Positions 34,244 through 34,983 of a DNA stretch of 34,983 nt are shown piece by piece. The notes under the pieces were generated by a model that ran no database searches, was not told the DNA's origin, and worked only from the letters and a program-made list of their open reading frames with translations. Each line of letters begins with the position of its first letter. Positions within the stretch are counted from its first letter, which is position 1. The position numbers were made by a program, and so were the translations under genes. This DNA is from Octopus bimaculoides (lineage: Eukaryota), in contig NC_069004.1 of the NCBI RefSeq assembly GCF_001194135.2, forward strand, positions 3,724,590 through 3,759,572. Direction: 5' to 3'.

Positions 34244-34410
34244 CACACGCACATGCATGTGTATATATTAAATATTTATACATGCATGCTTCAATGTTGT
34301 GTGTGTGTGTATACACATACACACACATATATATACACACACATGCATGTGTATATATATTACATATTTATACATGCATGCTTCAATGTGGTGTGTGTGT
34401 ATATATATAT
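33930..34410. repeat. Higher-order tandem duplication of TA/TG-rich units (~170-bp unit x2, ~70-bp subunit x3)
   Basis: TACGCACAAAA..ATATGCAAATACCTGCA.ATCTCTC.TTCATTCTGT occurs at ~33932 and 34101. ATATTTATAC.TGCATGCTTCAATGT.GTG occurs three times. Confidence 0.85.
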
Positions 34411-34484
34411 ACATATATGAATATATATATATATATGTGTATATATATATATATATATATACATATATATATACACACACATAT

Positions 34485-34522
<38 letters not shown>

Positions 34523-34983
34523 TTGATTGTGTATCTATGTATATTTATTGTTTTGTTGCAAAAAAAAATGCTGTTGAGTTCTACTCTATTGTTATTATTA
34601 TTGTTATTGTTATTATGGTTGTTGTTGTTGTTGTTGCTGACGTCTTTTCTGCTGGTGACGTCTTCGCTATCTTTATAGTTGTTGTTGGTGTTGTTGTTTA
34701 TATTTGCAGGTATTGATGTTTCTCCTTATTTTTTGTTTAGCTGTTATTATTATTATTATTATTATTATTGTTATTGCTACCCCACCCCAGCCCACTTGCC
34801 CCCTTCTCTCCACAACTTTCTTCTAATGACATTTAATTAACCAGCTTAGCGTTTAATTAAAAGAACTCAGTAAGGTAAAAAAAAAAAAGACCTAAAAAGA
34901 AAAGAAAAAACCTGTATGGGCTGGTGGTAGTGGTGGTGGTGGTGGTAAGGTGAGACATTGTTAGGGTTGTAGTAGCAGTGATA

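Noticed and set aside
680-34716. Long ORFs in the track rich in CV/YI/HT/LS/ER repeats or X runs
   Set aside because: Translations of dinucleotide microsatellites and N gaps; no protein-like complexity.

Overview
Repeat-dense animal (metazoan) non-coding DNA, either intronic or intergenic. About 5.8 kb (~16%) is N, in 13 scaffold gaps that are mostly bordered by microsatellites. I can support no intact protein-coding gene. Nearly all ORFs in the track are translations of (CA/TG), (TA), (CT/GA) or (ATT) microsatellites, or run through N gaps. The only clearly recognisable coding sequence is a full-length but dead mariner transposase (11086-12113, minus strand). There is also a probable short RTE-LINE 3' remnant near 7.4-7.5 kb. 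The rest is a mosaic of three tRNA-headed SINE families (about 20 copies or fragments), mariner-type and hAT-type MITEs, and mini/microsatellites. The SINE sequences and the extreme microsatellite density resemble octopus (coleoid cephalopod) DNA; this is recalled resemblance, not a database result. No novel coding system is visible. The best second-look items are structural or regulatory: a ~208-bp near-perfect palindrome (19061-19268); an ETS-CRE composite motif 300 bp from it; a high-identity inverted duplication spanning ~2.3 kb (22954-25251); a locally duplicated TATAAAG-rich sequence that spawned a 26-bp minisatellite; an inverted hAT-MITE pair; and a strong splice acceptor running into an assembly gap.
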